Shown: positions 1-9,168, counted from the first letter of the stretch. The stretch is 36,849 bases of DNA from a virus (IMGVR_UViG_2663763326_000006); one strand, 5' to 3'. A program made the numbers and translations. The notes: generated by a model not told the origin, from the letters alone.

Positions 1-390
1 TTACTCTTTTTTCTCCGTATCTGCATCGGGTTCATCAGCAAATAGCTTGCCCTGCATCCGATCCAGTTCTTCTTTTCTTACCCGCTTAACCACGCTGTAG
101 ACCCACTGAAGCGAAACACCAAATTTGCGGGCCAGTTCGTGGTGGTTGCGTCCGTTAAACTCCCTGAAGATTTCCCGGTCGCGCTGACTGACCTTCCATA
201 CCATGCCCATCGGGAAATAAACGTTTTGCCCGCCCCAGACCTGCATCATTCGGTTCGCGACGGCCTGACCAATCTGGTCGGCAACTTCGGGCTCAATATC
301 AATAATCTCGCGAACGGTCTCAGAGGTATGCTGTGCCAGTTCCACCAGGAGTTCCGGCCCCTTACTTCGAAACTGATTCAGGTCGCTCAT
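1..390 (-). CDS. mor: Mor/C-family transcription activator (129 aa)
   Basis: C-terminal HTH segment ELARKFGVSLQWVYSVVKR typical of Mor/C family; lies directly downstream of the GemA-like gene, as mor does in Mu; stop codon at window position 1-3. Confidence 0.7.
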   Translation of the reverse strand: MSDLNQFRSKGPELLVELAQHTSETVREIIDIEPEVADQIGQAVANRMMQVWGGQNVYFPMGMVWKVSQRDREIFREFNGRNHHELARKFGVSLQWVYSVVKRVRKEELDRMQGKLFADEPDADTEKKE

Positions 391-811
391 GTTTGACTCC
401 CGCAGCTCTGCGCTGCCACTTCTTCAGTTTCTCAATAACACTGCTTGCCTGTTCAGTACTGAGCCAGCGCAGGGCGCTGATGCCCGTTTCCCGCTTGATC
501 CACCTCGCTAATGCATTTTCTGAACGGTCACGAACAATGCCGGCAGCAGCCATTTCAAGCCATAGCGCACGAATTTTCCTGGACTGCGGATGGTTATCAA
601 GCGGTAAACCGGAGCTGGCTTTTCTGGCTGGTTTAACGCGAAAGCCTTTCTTTTTCATGGATTCCAGCACGCAGTTTAGTTGTGTGGTATCCATTCCTTT
701 GGTTGAGGCTTTACCGGTCAGCCCCTGTAACATCTGGCGGTAGGTGTCTTCATCCATACCCAGTTCATTACGGGCAATATGGATAAGCTGTATCAGGCGT
801 TTTTTCTGCAT
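362..811 (-). CDS. gemA: GemA-like early protein (Mu gp16 family, 149 aa)
   Basis: Size, basic C-terminus and position immediately upstream of the Mor-like gene; 29-nt overlap with the next gene suggests coupling. Confidence 0.55.
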   Translation of the reverse strand: MQKKRLIQLIHIARNELGMDEDTYRQMLQGLTGKASTKGMDTTQLNCVLESMKKKGFRVKPARKASSGLPLDNHPQSRKIRALWLEMAAAGIVRDRSENALARWIKRETGISALRWLSTEQASSVIEKLKKWQRRAAGVKHERPESVSK

Positions 812-812
812 A

Positions 813-1019
813 TCATCTCCTTTTTTTCAGTCTGTCGGCAACAATGTCGGTTGCAGCTGGCAGGGTGACTGGCCAGAACAACATGACGGCGGTCATGTAC
901 AGGATGTAATGCGCGGTGTCGTAGTGCCTGCCATAGCCCAGGGAACGATGAAGTCTTGCGCTGCATGATCCTGCGTACATATACCAGAAAAGAAAACAGA
1001 CAATGGTTTCAGTAGTCAT
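813..1019 (-). CDS. small membrane protein (68 aa)
   Basis: Start chosen at internal ATG (1017-1019) with GGAGG RBS 7 nt upstream; hydrophobic segments; the longer 120-aa ORF start has no RBS. Confidence 0.45.
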   Translation of the reverse strand: MTTETIVCFLFWYMYAGSCSARLHRSLGYGRHYDTAHYILYMTAVMLFWPVTLPAATDIVADRLKKRR

Positions 1020-1239
1020 TCTGAATACCTCCCCATTCGATATGAATATTACGGGCAGCAATGACAGGGTCGTTATTCCACCATGCACCTGACATGTATT
1101 TTTCAACCTGTTCGCGTCCGGCAATAACACCAATTGTGATCCCCGGCCTGACGTTCTTAAAAAAGGCGCGGGCAAAAAGGTATCTGGCAGATATTCGGCA
1201 GGCTTTTAATTTCCGGCTTTTACCTGATAGCGTAATCAT
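1009..1239 (-). CDS. hypothetical early-region protein (76 aa)
   Basis: ORF tightly packed in the minus-strand operon with short overlaps to both neighbours. Confidence 0.4.
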   Translation of the reverse strand: MITLSGKSRKLKACRISARYLFARAFFKNVRPGITIGVIAGREQVEKYMSGAWWNNDPVIAARNIHIEWGGIQNDY

Positions 1240-1919
1240 CTGGCCTCCAGTTTCTGTTGTTCCTGCCCACTGACCGGGCGGTGCAGTCTGACGTTCTGCC
1301 CTTCACGAAACCCCGCATAGCGCGAGGCGTCGCCATTGCGGCTTCTTCCCGGTTTACGCGCCCTGGTGGTTTGCGTCTGCGGGTATTTATGTTCCAGCCA
1401 CTGCTGCATCAGTTCACGCTCATCATCGGTCAGGGCAAAGGACTGTATTTCACTGATAACGGCCAGCACCCAGCCTTCGGCAAACTGGTCTCCACGGCTG
1501 GTGCGGGTGGCGGTTTTTATTCTTTTGTTCTGTGCACTGATATACTGCTGACGCGCCTTTTTCAGCTGACGGGCCAGCACTTCCCAGGTGTATGCAGCCA
1601 GTGCCGCACGTTCCCGGTTGCCGTAGAACCCCACAGACGGATGCGTGCCGGGGTGAATGATGGAGTTAACACCAAATACCTCGCGGATGATGTTCATCAG
1701 GCCCAGCATGTAGCGCGGTGGACGGAGACTGCCTGTCGGCCAGTAGTGACTGATGGTTTCATCAATATCACTCATAGCAATGTCGGAATGTGTGATGCCG
1801 TGAACATCCATCAGTTTACGGGCTCGGCGCAGTGCCAGAGCGGCCTCGTGCGGGTTGCCGGATGCGGCCAGCGCCAGCAACTTTTTCAGTTTCTCAATGT
1901 GTTTATTCTGGTCTGTCAT
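1236..1919 (-). CDS. DUF2786-like phage protein (about 227 aa)
   Basis: N-terminus after internal Met reads IEKLKKLLALAASGNPHEAALALRRARKLMDVHG, resembling the DUF2786 N-terminal motif; start overlaps upstream stop. Confidence 0.5.
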   Translation of the reverse strand: MTDQNKHIEKLKKLLALAASGNPHEAALALRRARKLMDVHGITHSDIAMSDIDETISHYWPTGSLRPPRYMLGLMNIIREVFGVNSIIHPGTHPSVGFYGNRERAALAAYTWEVLARQLKKARQQYISAQNKRIKTATRTSRGDQFAEGWVLAVISEIQSFALTDDERELMQQWLEHKYPQTQTTRARKPGRSRNGDASRYAGFREGQNVRLHRPVSGQEQQKLEAR

Positions 1920-2131
1920 TGTTCTGTATCTCCGGTATTTTTCTGCCGTTTCCATGCCCGGACAGCGTCGGACAGCTCTTTCAGGCTGTATGCTGCTTTA
2001 AGCTTTTCCCATAACCACTGTGTTGTTATGTGCATCAGCAGGGCAGCCAGGGCTGCCCCCGCACTGAGGCATGTCGCCAGGCCAGTAAGAATCAGTGTCC
2101 ATGCGGTGATTTCCCTGAGTATGTCAGCCAT
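1916..2131 (-). CDS. small membrane protein (71 aa)
   Basis: Single long hydrophobic stretch WTLILTGLATCLSAGAALAALLMHI; operon context. Confidence 0.45.
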   Translation of the reverse strand: MADILREITAWTLILTGLATCLSAGAALAALLMHITTQWLWEKLKAAYSLKELSDAVRAWKRQKNTGDTEQ

Positions 2132-2145
2132 TGAATGCCTCCCGG

Positions 2146-2442
2146 TTACTCGTTCGTGTAAATCACGCCCAGTCGTGCAGCCAGACGTTCCAGTTTTTTC
2201 TGTTTGTGGAAGTCAATCAGCCGGTCCATCCCCTGAAGGCGCAGTTGCTCTGTCATGATTTCCACGTCTGCCAGCTCTGCCGCGAGGTCACTTTCGCTGC
2301 CCTGTCCGTTCAGGTTGCGGGCGGCACTGGCCGCCAGTTCAGCGGCCTCTTCTGCCAGTTTCAGGGCCTGTGCGTCCGGCCCGAAACGCTGCAGGGCCAG
2401 ACGGTAGAGGGCGGTGCGGGTGAGTTCGGTGTTTCGTGTCAT
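2146..2442 (-). CDS. MazG-like nucleotide pyrophosphohydrolase domain protein (98 aa)
   Basis: EEAAEL (E-E-x-x-E) and ELADVEI motifs spaced as in MazG-like NTP-PPase domains. Confidence 0.45.
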   Translation of the reverse strand: MTRNTELTRTALYRLALQRFGPDAQALKLAEEAAELAASAARNLNGQGSESDLAAELADVEIMTEQLRLQGMDRLIDFHKQKKLERLAARLGVIYTNE

Positions 2443-2451
2443 GCCGCGCCC

Positions 2452-2724
2452 TCAGTGCTTCCGGCTGACGGTGATGTGCAGGCCGCCTTCTGCAGTGGTT
2501 TCCATCCGGTACGGCACCTCATGCTCTGCCGTGTGGGTGAGTGTGTTCATCAGTACCTGCAGGGCAGCCTCCTTTCCGTTGGTCGCCACAATGGCCTGTG
2601 TGGCCATGCTGATTAGCGCCGTCAGGACGTGCTTCACATCGGTGAGGTCGCGGCATTCACACTCGTTGACATAGTGTTCAACAAGGGTTCGGGTGCGCTG
2701 TCGTGCTTCCTGTGGGGTAATCAT
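2452..2724 (-). CDS. hypothetical early-region protein (90 aa)
   Basis: ORF with 4-nt start/stop overlap to the upstream zinc-ribbon gene. Confidence 0.4.
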   Translation of the reverse strand: MITPQEARQRTRTLVEHYVNECECRDLTDVKHVLTALISMATQAIVATNGKEAALQVLMNTLTHTAEHEVPYRMETTAEGGLHITVSRKH

Positions 2725-2915
2725 TGCGAGTCCTCCCTGTCAGGGCGGGAGAATTCCATGACGGGCACGTCTGCCGAAAAATGCTGGCTGCAGTACGGGC
2801 AGACCAGGGTGACGCGTACCGCAGGGATGTGGTATTTACCGGACATCACGGCGATGGCGCTGTGAAAACGCAGGGCTGTTATATCCCTCTCGCACTGAAT
2901 ACATTTAAATATCAT
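2721..2915 (-). CDS. zinc-ribbon protein, Com-like (64 aa)
   Basis: Two Cys pairs (CIQC ... CPYC); GAGGAG RBS upstream of the start. Confidence 0.5.
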   Translation of the reverse strand: MIFKCIQCERDITALRFHSAIAVMSGKYHIPAVRVTLVCPYCSQHFSADVPVMEFSRPDREDSQ

Positions 2916-3012
2916 GATTTAATTCTCCTCTGTTTCCGGCGTGCAGAAGCCCGCGGCGCTGACGTCGGAATAAAAAAGAAAATGTTTTTATTAAATAATT
3001 AACGTGGTGTGT

Positions 3013-3543
3013 TTACTGCACATCCTGCTCAAAAGGAATTATTGAAAAATCCTCAATGTCGCTTTTAATGGAAATACCGGGAATATTTTTCACGGCCTCT
3101 TTTTCATTCAGGATAGCGTCTTTATTTATTTCCTCTTTTACACGAATAAAGCGCTCAAGCCCCAGACGTCTCAGTAATTCAATAACATTATCCGCCCCAC
3201 GGATACTGACTGATGGCGGACGGTTTCGCCACTGCACCTCGCCGGTGGTGAGGTTAGCGAACTTCACCTTCCCGTTGCCGGTCAGTTCATCACGGTGTGC
3301 CTCACACCATGTCTGAATACCGGACTGCAGTTCGGCCATGCGTTTTTTCAGGCTCTCGGTGAGCGGGGCATAACGTGCGGTGATATCGCCAATGGCGTCA
3401 TTCATTTCTGTTTCAGCCCTGACCAGTTCACGTTGTGCGTCACCGAGTAGTCTGATTCCCTCAATGACCTCTTCACGTGTCCCCGGCACCCAGAGTGCTG
3501 CTGCGGCCTTGATACGTTTTGCACCTTTTGTACTTTTTGCCAT
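3013..3543 (-). CDS. gam: host-nuclease inhibitor Gam (Mu Gam family, 176 aa)
   Basis: N-terminus MAKSTKGAKRIKAAAALWVP, internal VSIRGADNVIELLRRLGLERFIRVKEEINKDAIL and C-terminal DFSIIPFEQ match Mu Gam pattern and length. Confidence 0.8.
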   Translation of the reverse strand: MAKSTKGAKRIKAAAALWVPGTREEVIEGIRLLGDAQRELVRAETEMNDAIGDITARYAPLTESLKKRMAELQSGIQTWCEAHRDELTGNGKVKFANLTTGEVQWRNRPPSVSIRGADNVIELLRRLGLERFIRVKEEINKDAILNEKEAVKNIPGISIKSDIEDFSIIPFEQDVQ

Positions 3544-3570
3544 TTTTTATGATTTCTCCAGTTGTGCTGA

Positions 3571-3840
3571 TTACCACAAAGATTCCGGCCACACGACGCG
3601 ACAGCCGTGCAGTTCGAAAACGCCCTGACGGAAATATCCCCTGTGGTCATGTCCGGTATACAGATAACAGGCCTTTCCCTGCTCAAGCATGCGCATGCAA
3701 TGCGCACTCCGGGAAACGCGGATGACAGGTTTGTTACCCCTGATGGTGATGCTTTGTACATCCGTGTTCGTCGCCTTAAGCGCCATAATGGCTGACTGCA
3801 CTTTGCTGATTTGCTGGTTGATACCTGTGGTGGATTTCAT
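3571..3840 (-). CDS. hypothetical protein between B and gam (89 aa)
   Basis: Fills the gap between the B-like stop and gam start; occupies the kil-like position. Confidence 0.4.
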   Translation of the reverse strand: MKSTTGINQQISKVQSAIMALKATNTDVQSITIRGNKPVIRVSRSAHCMRMLEQGKACYLYTGHDHRGYFRQGVFELHGCRVVWPESLW

Positions 3841-3842
3841 TA

Positions 3843-5009
3843 TTAAACCCCTTTGACAACGTCAGCGTTGACCTGTGGAACCCCGATTTCAGCGGCCAGA
3901 TTCATGGCGGCTATTACCAGGTTACTGACGGCCAGCGGATACAGCAGGCTGACCATATTTTTACGGTGACTTCCCGGATTGCTCAGGCGGGCACGTATGG
4001 CATCCACTGCACCGGCGTCCATAATGTCCGTCAGCTGTTTACCGGCCCGTTGCAGTTTGAACGTCAGAAATTCTTCAAGGTTATTGTCCAGAGGCAGAAG
4101 TTCGACCACCTCACAGCGCTGAACGACTTCACGGACTTCCATATTGCGTTCAGACAGTTTTGTCGCCAGTTCCGGCTGGCCAATCAGCACGATGGACAGC
4201 AGTTTTTTGAAACCGGACTCCAGCTCAAAAAAGCGTTTGAGGTGTTTCAGTGTCGGAATGGGCAGACTGTGGGCCTCCTCAATCACCAGAACGTGGCTGA
4301 ACCCCGCCTGGCTGCTGTCTTTCAGGACGCGATGCAACTGGCGAAAACGGGCGTCCTGACTGCGTCTGATGCTTTCCAGTGGTGCGATGGTACTGATAAT
4401 GGCTTCGGCAATAGCTGCTGCCTTCAGGGTTTTCCCTTTCACATCGTTGTCTTCCATAGCGATGATGTATGGCTCGATAACAATTACCGGCGCATTCTCG
4501 CGGTTGATACGTTCAGTCAGGTCGCGGCGCAGCGTGGATTTACCCGCACCGGACTCACCGATGACGGCCATAAACCCACCATGACGGGCTGTCTGGTACA
4601 GCGCCTCACGCACGTAGCGAATGTCCGGGGTGGTGAACACATCATCAGAACCCTGCATGGCTTCGTCGGCGAACGGGTCACGGAAAAGACCAAACGCTTT
4701 TTTGGTTGCTGGAAATAACACCTGTTTTTTGAGTAACATATTCTCTTCCTCACTGAGGCTCGTTTTATCTGTGGTACCCGCTGTACGGGGCGTGGCCGCG
4801 CCCTGTACAGCATCAAAACTCTTCGTTGTATCAATCCCCTGACTTTCCAGCCAGGACGCAAGACGCCGGCGCACTTCTCCGGGGCTGGTGCGGGGCCACG
4901 CGTTATGATTCACAATCTGGGCCAGCGTGGCCTCAGAAACATCGACAGCTCTCGCCACCACCGCCTGTGGAATACGGGCCTCTTTCAGTTGCTGCTTCAG
5001 TACCAGCAT
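3843..5009 (-). CDS. transposition ATPase, MuB-like AAA+ protein (about 388 aa)
   Basis: Walker A GESGAGKST, Walker-B-like HVLVIEEAH, N-terminal HTH; start at internal ATG preceded by GAGGAGG RBS overlapping the transposase stop. Confidence 0.75.
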   Translation of the reverse strand: MLVLKQQLKEARIPQAVVARAVDVSEATLAQIVNHNAWPRTSPGEVRRRLASWLESQGIDTTKSFDAVQGAATPRTAGTTDKTSLSEEENMLLKKQVLFPATKKAFGLFRDPFADEAMQGSDDVFTTPDIRYVREALYQTARHGGFMAVIGESGAGKSTLRRDLTERINRENAPVIVIEPYIIAMEDNDVKGKTLKAAAIAEAIISTIAPLESIRRSQDARFRQLHRVLKDSSQAGFSHVLVIEEAHSLPIPTLKHLKRFFELESGFKKLLSIVLIGQPELATKLSERNMEVREVVQRCEVVELLPLDNNLEEFLTFKLQRAGKQLTDIMDAGAVDAIRARLSNPGSHRKNMVSLLYPLAVSNLVIAAMNLAAEIGVPQVNADVVKGV

Positions 5010-5019
5010 GTTTCCCTCC

Positions 5020-6789
5020 TCAGTTGCCGTTAACAATGCTGATAACACTGCTGCGGGCCGGTGTGGTCAGCGTGGCCATGACTTCATCCAGTGCGGCTTC
5101 CGGTACGCCGTCCGGGTACTGTGCCGTTAACTGGCGGTAATGTTCCGGCGTCCAGGTAAGGCCGTCGGCGCTGAACTTATCGCGCAGGGCTTTCGCGGCC
5201 TCCACATGAGTCATGGGACGTTGTTCAGTGCGCGGCCCGCGTACGTCAGAGGCCTGACCACGCTTCGGCATATAGGCCGGAAGTGTGGTGTCGTCGATAT
5301 GTTTATACGGGTCAAGCCGCCCGCCGAACGGCAGCGCCTTCGCCTTGCGTGCGGCGGCTGCATCTGCGGCGTTGTCTGTACCGGTAACCAGCGCTTCGGT
5401 TTCTTTTGCCGCCATCTGTGCCGGGGTTTCCGGCAGGGCTTTGTAACTTTCGCCAAATACCGCCGCGCCTTCAGCAAAGCCAAACTCGTTCTTTCTGACC
5501 TCTTCGACCAGGAAGAACGTCTCGTGGCCGTCCTCACCGGTCAGAACCACCTGTGCCACATCGCTGCGCCATGGGTTACGGGTAATCATCAGTTTTTCAC
5601 CAACCAGTACGCCCGGTACCGTTGATACGTCAAATTCAGTGCCCCGGAACGAGACACGAAGTTTTGGCGTGACTTTGCGGAGTTCTGGTGCCGCCACAGC
5701 CAGTTCACGACATACCTCAACGGAAGGCGCTTTTTTCAGCTGCTCAGCAGTAATCTTCAGCCAGATATCCGTGCGGGTTTTACCGTGGCGGCTGTGAACA
5801 GCCGTGGCGTTAAAGTGGCTGCGCCATTTCGCGGCCAGCGCGTTGAGTTCTTCCAGACTGTGAACCGGCCGGAACTTCAGACCCGGCTCCAGCTTGCGTT
5901 CGATAATGTCACGCGCCTTTTCCACCTGTCCGGTGGCGCGGGCGTTATGCGGCTTGTGCGCTATCAGGTCGATGCCCAGTGAGCGGCACATGTTTTTCGT
6001 CATACCCGCGGTGTTTGCCGAGCCGGGGTCGAGATAGAGTATTTTCGGCACGCCGTGCAGCACGTCTGCGCCGCCACGCTCCTGCATGGCGTTGATAAGC
6101 ACAGAACACAGGTTCTCACCTGATTCCGCGCCCGTCACATACTCAACGTAAATCCAGCCGCTGGCATGGTCGGTAATCTCGTAACTCCACACGCGGTCAC
6201 TGGCGATACGGGCAAGGTTAGCGGGCTTGTTCTTGTAGAACTTCGCGCTGTCCATCACCTGCAGCCCTTTATGTCCATTGCTCAGGTAGTAAAGCGTGCA
6301 GAGTGAGGCGTCAATCTGCCAGACATGATTGGGATGCAGACTGGCCACTTCGGTATGTGGTGCAGGGGCATCCAGTTGTTCCGGGTGCAGGCCATAGTTA
6401 CGCAGAGCACGGCTGATGGCATCTTCAGACAACGGGAAAAACTCACTGGTGGTTTCATCTGTTCTGCCTGCGGTGATAAAGCCGTTAGCCCGCAGGGTTT
6501 CCACTGCATCTGCGATGGAATAGAGACGCTTACCGTTCTTGCGGGTGGCCTCACGCAGTGTGGCAGATATCAGCGCGGCTTCGTCGCGGGTCAGGGCGCT
6601 GCGCCCGGCATCGGCGCGTTTTTTGCGTTTATCAGTCACAGATACCTCCTTCAGCCTGCGCAGCAGAGTGGCGCGGGACATGCCAAGTTCAGCACAGGCA
6701 GCGTCGTATATTGCACCGCGTTTACCATGCCCCGCGTCACGTGCCGCGCGGGCTGTTTCAACCAGTTTTTCAGTCAGTGCCGGGGTCAT
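5020..6789 (-). CDS. DDE transposase, Mu A-like (rve integrase core; 589 aa)
   Basis: N-terminal HTH, HVWQIDAS catalytic-core motif; directly followed by MuB-like ATPase. Confidence 0.8.
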   Translation of the reverse strand: MTPALTEKLVETARAARDAGHGKRGAIYDAACAELGMSRATLLRRLKEVSVTDKRKKRADAGRSALTRDEAALISATLREATRKNGKRLYSIADAVETLRANGFITAGRTDETTSEFFPLSEDAISRALRNYGLHPEQLDAPAPHTEVASLHPNHVWQIDASLCTLYYLSNGHKGLQVMDSAKFYKNKPANLARIASDRVWSYEITDHASGWIYVEYVTGAESGENLCSVLINAMQERGGADVLHGVPKILYLDPGSANTAGMTKNMCRSLGIDLIAHKPHNARATGQVEKARDIIERKLEPGLKFRPVHSLEELNALAAKWRSHFNATAVHSRHGKTRTDIWLKITAEQLKKAPSVEVCRELAVAAPELRKVTPKLRVSFRGTEFDVSTVPGVLVGEKLMITRNPWRSDVAQVVLTGEDGHETFFLVEEVRKNEFGFAEGAAVFGESYKALPETPAQMAAKETEALVTGTDNAADAAAARKAKALPFGGRLDPYKHIDDTTLPAYMPKRGQASDVRGPRTEQRPMTHVEAAKALRDKFSADGLTWTPEHYRQLTAQYPDGVPEAALDEVMATLTTPARSSVISIVNGN

Positions 6790-6804
6790 AGCTTGTCTTC
6801 CCTG

Positions 6805-7122
6805 TTATCCGATTCTGGCGGCAATTTTTCTGGCGAGGTCGCACAGTGTTTCGCCATCGCAGGTTTTCACCACGGTATTTACCGGTTGCGGTGCAACTAC
6901 CGGGCGTAATGCTGACTGATTCTGCAGACGTCTTATCTGCTGCATCAGCATCACCTCCATCGTCAGTACAAACGGGTGCGTCTCCTGTGCGGGTACGCAG
7001 ATTTCACCGGAAGGGGTCACCACGCGGAAACCCTGCACCATCTCCGGCAGCAGATTACACAGTGCGTGCCCCAGTGCCTCCGGGCTGTCCATCAGGGTAT
7101 TTTGTGTGTTATTCGTATTCAT
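6805..7122 (-). CDS. hypothetical protein upstream of transposase (105 aa)
   Basis: ORF in early operon; no recognisable motif. Confidence 0.4.
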   Translation of the reverse strand: MNTNNTQNTLMDSPEALGHALCNLLPEMVQGFRVVTPSGEICVPAQETHPFVLTMEVMLMQQIRRLQNQSALRPVVAPQPVNTVVKTCDGETLCDLARKIAARIG

Positions 7123-8042
7123 TACTGCATATCCTCCGGTCGGTTGATTTCAGGTTCCGGTTCGGTCAGCCAGGCGGGGGCATCGTTACCCGATGGAGCG
7201 GCCTCAAGGTCAAACGTCTCACGTAATGCATGAACACTGCGTTCAATCTGGCAGACCAGACCGGCCATGAAATCTCTGGGGGTATCGATCATGTTTTTGG
7301 TGCAGTATTCACACAGGGTCTCAAAAACACTGGACAGCCGGACGGCGATAGCCGATTCGGCCTCAACCGCTAATGCCGTCACTTCCGCCCGCAATTTTTT
7401 CAGTTCTTCGTCTGGCGGCGGAGGTTGCAGGCGCGATTTCTTCTCCAGTTTTGTGGCCAGTTCGTTGATTTTTTCGTCCTTTCCGGCAAGCACCTGTTGC
7501 TGAGCTGCGTTGGTTTCGCGCGCTTCACGCAGGGCGGCCTTCAGTTCGCGGCTGGTCATGCGATCAATATCATCAAGCGTTGCACCGGCGACGGTTCCAC
7601 CATCAGCTAATGCGTCGAGTTCTTCGTCATCCAGAACCATCAGTTCATATAACTTGGTTTTTCCCAAAACGCTCAGCGCTGAGCGTTTTGGCTGTTCATC
7701 TCCATTGCCGAGAAATTTCACGCTGGCCTGCATCATGCGACGAGCTACCTGTGGTGCTAATCCGAGGTCGTTTTCCAGAATATTTGTGAAATCACCATGC
7801 GGTTCATTTTCTTTTAAGATGATCAGCCGCTTACCCGCTTCCAACATAGATTCAGCACTCTGCGCCATATAAAAACGTGCTTCGTGAACGATGCGTTCAC
7901 GTTCATAAGGCAGTCCATCACCAAACTGCTGCATGATCTCCATGCGATGCTGTGTCATGGCATTCAGGCTGACGTTGAGATCATCCGACAGCGGTACATC
8001 GGCGTTCAGTTCAGTGTTAATCGGTGATTTGGTACGTCCCAT
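7122..8042 (-). CDS. hypothetical early-region protein (306 aa)
   Basis: Long ORF with acidic coiled-coil central region; between regulator genes and transposase. Confidence 0.5.
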   Translation of the reverse strand: MGRTKSPINTELNADVPLSDDLNVSLNAMTQHRMEIMQQFGDGLPYERERIVHEARFYMAQSAESMLEAGKRLIILKENEPHGDFTNILENDLGLAPQVARRMMQASVKFLGNGDEQPKRSALSVLGKTKLYELMVLDDEELDALADGGTVAGATLDDIDRMTSRELKAALREARETNAAQQQVLAGKDEKINELATKLEKKSRLQPPPPDEELKKLRAEVTALAVEAESAIAVRLSSVFETLCEYCTKNMIDTPRDFMAGLVCQIERSVHALRETFDLEAAPSGNDAPAWLTEPEPEINRPEDMQ

Positions 8043-8052
8043 TGATTACTCC

Positions 8053-8367
8053 TTACAAACGACTACCTGAAATGACACGTTGGTTAATTTCGTTAATACG
8101 ATCCTGTGCACGTGCCATCTCGTTACTGTGGGCCATGGCGATCTGCAGTAACTGGATGCCCGGTGCAAAACGTCCGTTCTCCAGTTTCAGAGCCAGCCCT
8201 TCTTCAATGAGGGTGTTGAGTGCCCGGTTGATGTTTGCCGGTGACTCGTGCAGTGCTGTCGCCAGTTCACCGTTAGAAATACCGTTCAGGGCATGACCGC
8301 GCAGCGCTTTGAGTACCCGGAGGATGCGACTGCCGGAGCTTGAAACATTCGTCTTACTCATCTGCAT
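8053..8367 (-). CDS. winged-helix DNA-binding regulator, IclR-N-terminal-like (104 aa)
   Basis: Motif RILRVLKALRGHALNGISNGELATALHESPANINRALNTLIEEGL resembles an IclR-type HTH. Confidence 0.45.
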   Translation of the reverse strand: MQMSKTNVSSSGSRILRVLKALRGHALNGISNGELATALHESPANINRALNTLIEEGLALKLENGRFAPGIQLLQIAMAHSNEMARAQDRINEINQRVISGSRL

Positions 8368-8413
8368 ACCTCTTTTGCGATATGTGATAACCTTTTACAA
8401 AGACTCAAAATAT

Positions 8414-8602
8414 TTAGGCCGCCTGAGCTGTTGATTTCAGTCCCAACTTCACGGCGATTTCATGGGATTTACCGTAACGGGCTTTGGTCTGCCCGTTGAG
8501 AACGCGGTATACCTCATTGCGGTTGTAGCCGTTTTCTTCTGCCCAGCGGGTGAAAGTGATCCCGCGCTGGCGGAAGAGAGCTTTGACTTGTTCTGCAGTC
8601 AT
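8414..8602 (-). CDS. ner: Ner-like small DNA-binding protein (62 aa)
   Basis: Pattern ALFRQRGITFTRWAEENGYNRNEVYRVL...GKSHEIAVKLGLK parallels Mu Ner/Nlp; first gene of leftward operon, divergent from repressor. Confidence 0.55.
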   Translation of the reverse strand: MTAEQVKALFRQRGITFTRWAEENGYNRNEVYRVLNGQTKARYGKSHEIAVKLGLKSTAQAA

Positions 8603-8654
8603 CGTTGTCTCCTTTGTTGATGCAATGATGTTTGCCTTATATGTGTTAGATTAT

Positions 8655-8672
8655 TGCTCATAATTATGAGCA
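8655..8672. promoter_or_regulatory. perfect 18-bp palindrome TGCTCATAATTATGAGCA, putative operator
   Basis: Lies in the 93-bp AT-rich gap between the divergent Ner-like and repressor starts. Confidence 0.5.
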
Positions 8673-8695
8673 TATCAAGATAGAGATTCACTTTT

Positions 8696-9052
8696 ATGAG
8701 CAAATATATAGGAGAGCGCGTTATTTCTGTGAGGAAGAAAGCAGGGTTGAACCAGAGAGAATTTGCAGCTCGTTTAGGTATTTCTAATGGTGGTATCAGT
8801 CAGATTGAAAATGGAAAGGCGATGCCTGGAGGGGAGTTTCTGTTAAAGATGCATCAAGAGTTTAATGTTGATGTAAATTGGTTGCTCACTGGAATGAGCA
8901 CAGATGGTATGACTAGAAACCAGAATCAAATTTCCCCAGAAAAACAAAAACTAATAGATACTTTTGACGACATGACACCAGACCAACAACGCTCATTTCT
9001 TGAGATTGGGCGATTCTATACTCAGCCAAAACCAGGAAAAATCGCAGGCTGA
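8696..9052 (+). CDS. XRE-family HTH repressor (118 aa)
   Basis: N-terminal HTH LNQREFAARLGISNGGISQIENG; markedly AT-rich gene; divergent from early operon. Confidence 0.6.
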   Translation: MSKYIGERVISVRKKAGLNQREFAARLGISNGGISQIENGKAMPGGEFLLKMHQEFNVDVNWLLTGMSTDGMTRNQNQISPEKQKLIDTFDDMTPDQQRSFLEIGRFYTQPKPGKIAG

Positions 9053-9137
9053 TACTGACCCGGACACAAAGGACAGGTGGTTGATCTGGATGCTTTCAGA
9101 AAACATCGCCAGTGACATAGTGGAAGTTGTTTGGTTT

Positions 9138-9168
9138 ACCGGAAAGCATTGTGCTTTCCGGTTTTGTT
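9138..9168 (+). terminator. rho-independent terminator after repressor gene
   Basis: CCGGAAAGCA-TTGT-GCTTTCCGG stem-loop followed by TTTTGTTT. Confidence 0.6.

Noticed and set aside
1257-2258. 333-aa plus-strand ORF overlapping the DUF2786-like and small membrane genes
   Set aside because: Antisense shadow ORF in GC-rich coding DNA; low-complexity Arg/Ala-rich translation, no RBS, and the minus-strand genes form a tightly coupled operon
3966-4718. 250-aa plus-strand ORF inside the MuB-like ATPase gene, and similar antisense ORFs (6325-6909, 17435-18040, 20191-20925, 29528-30082)
   Set aside because: All lie antisense within confidently assigned genes and lack start context; typical of high-GC phage DNA
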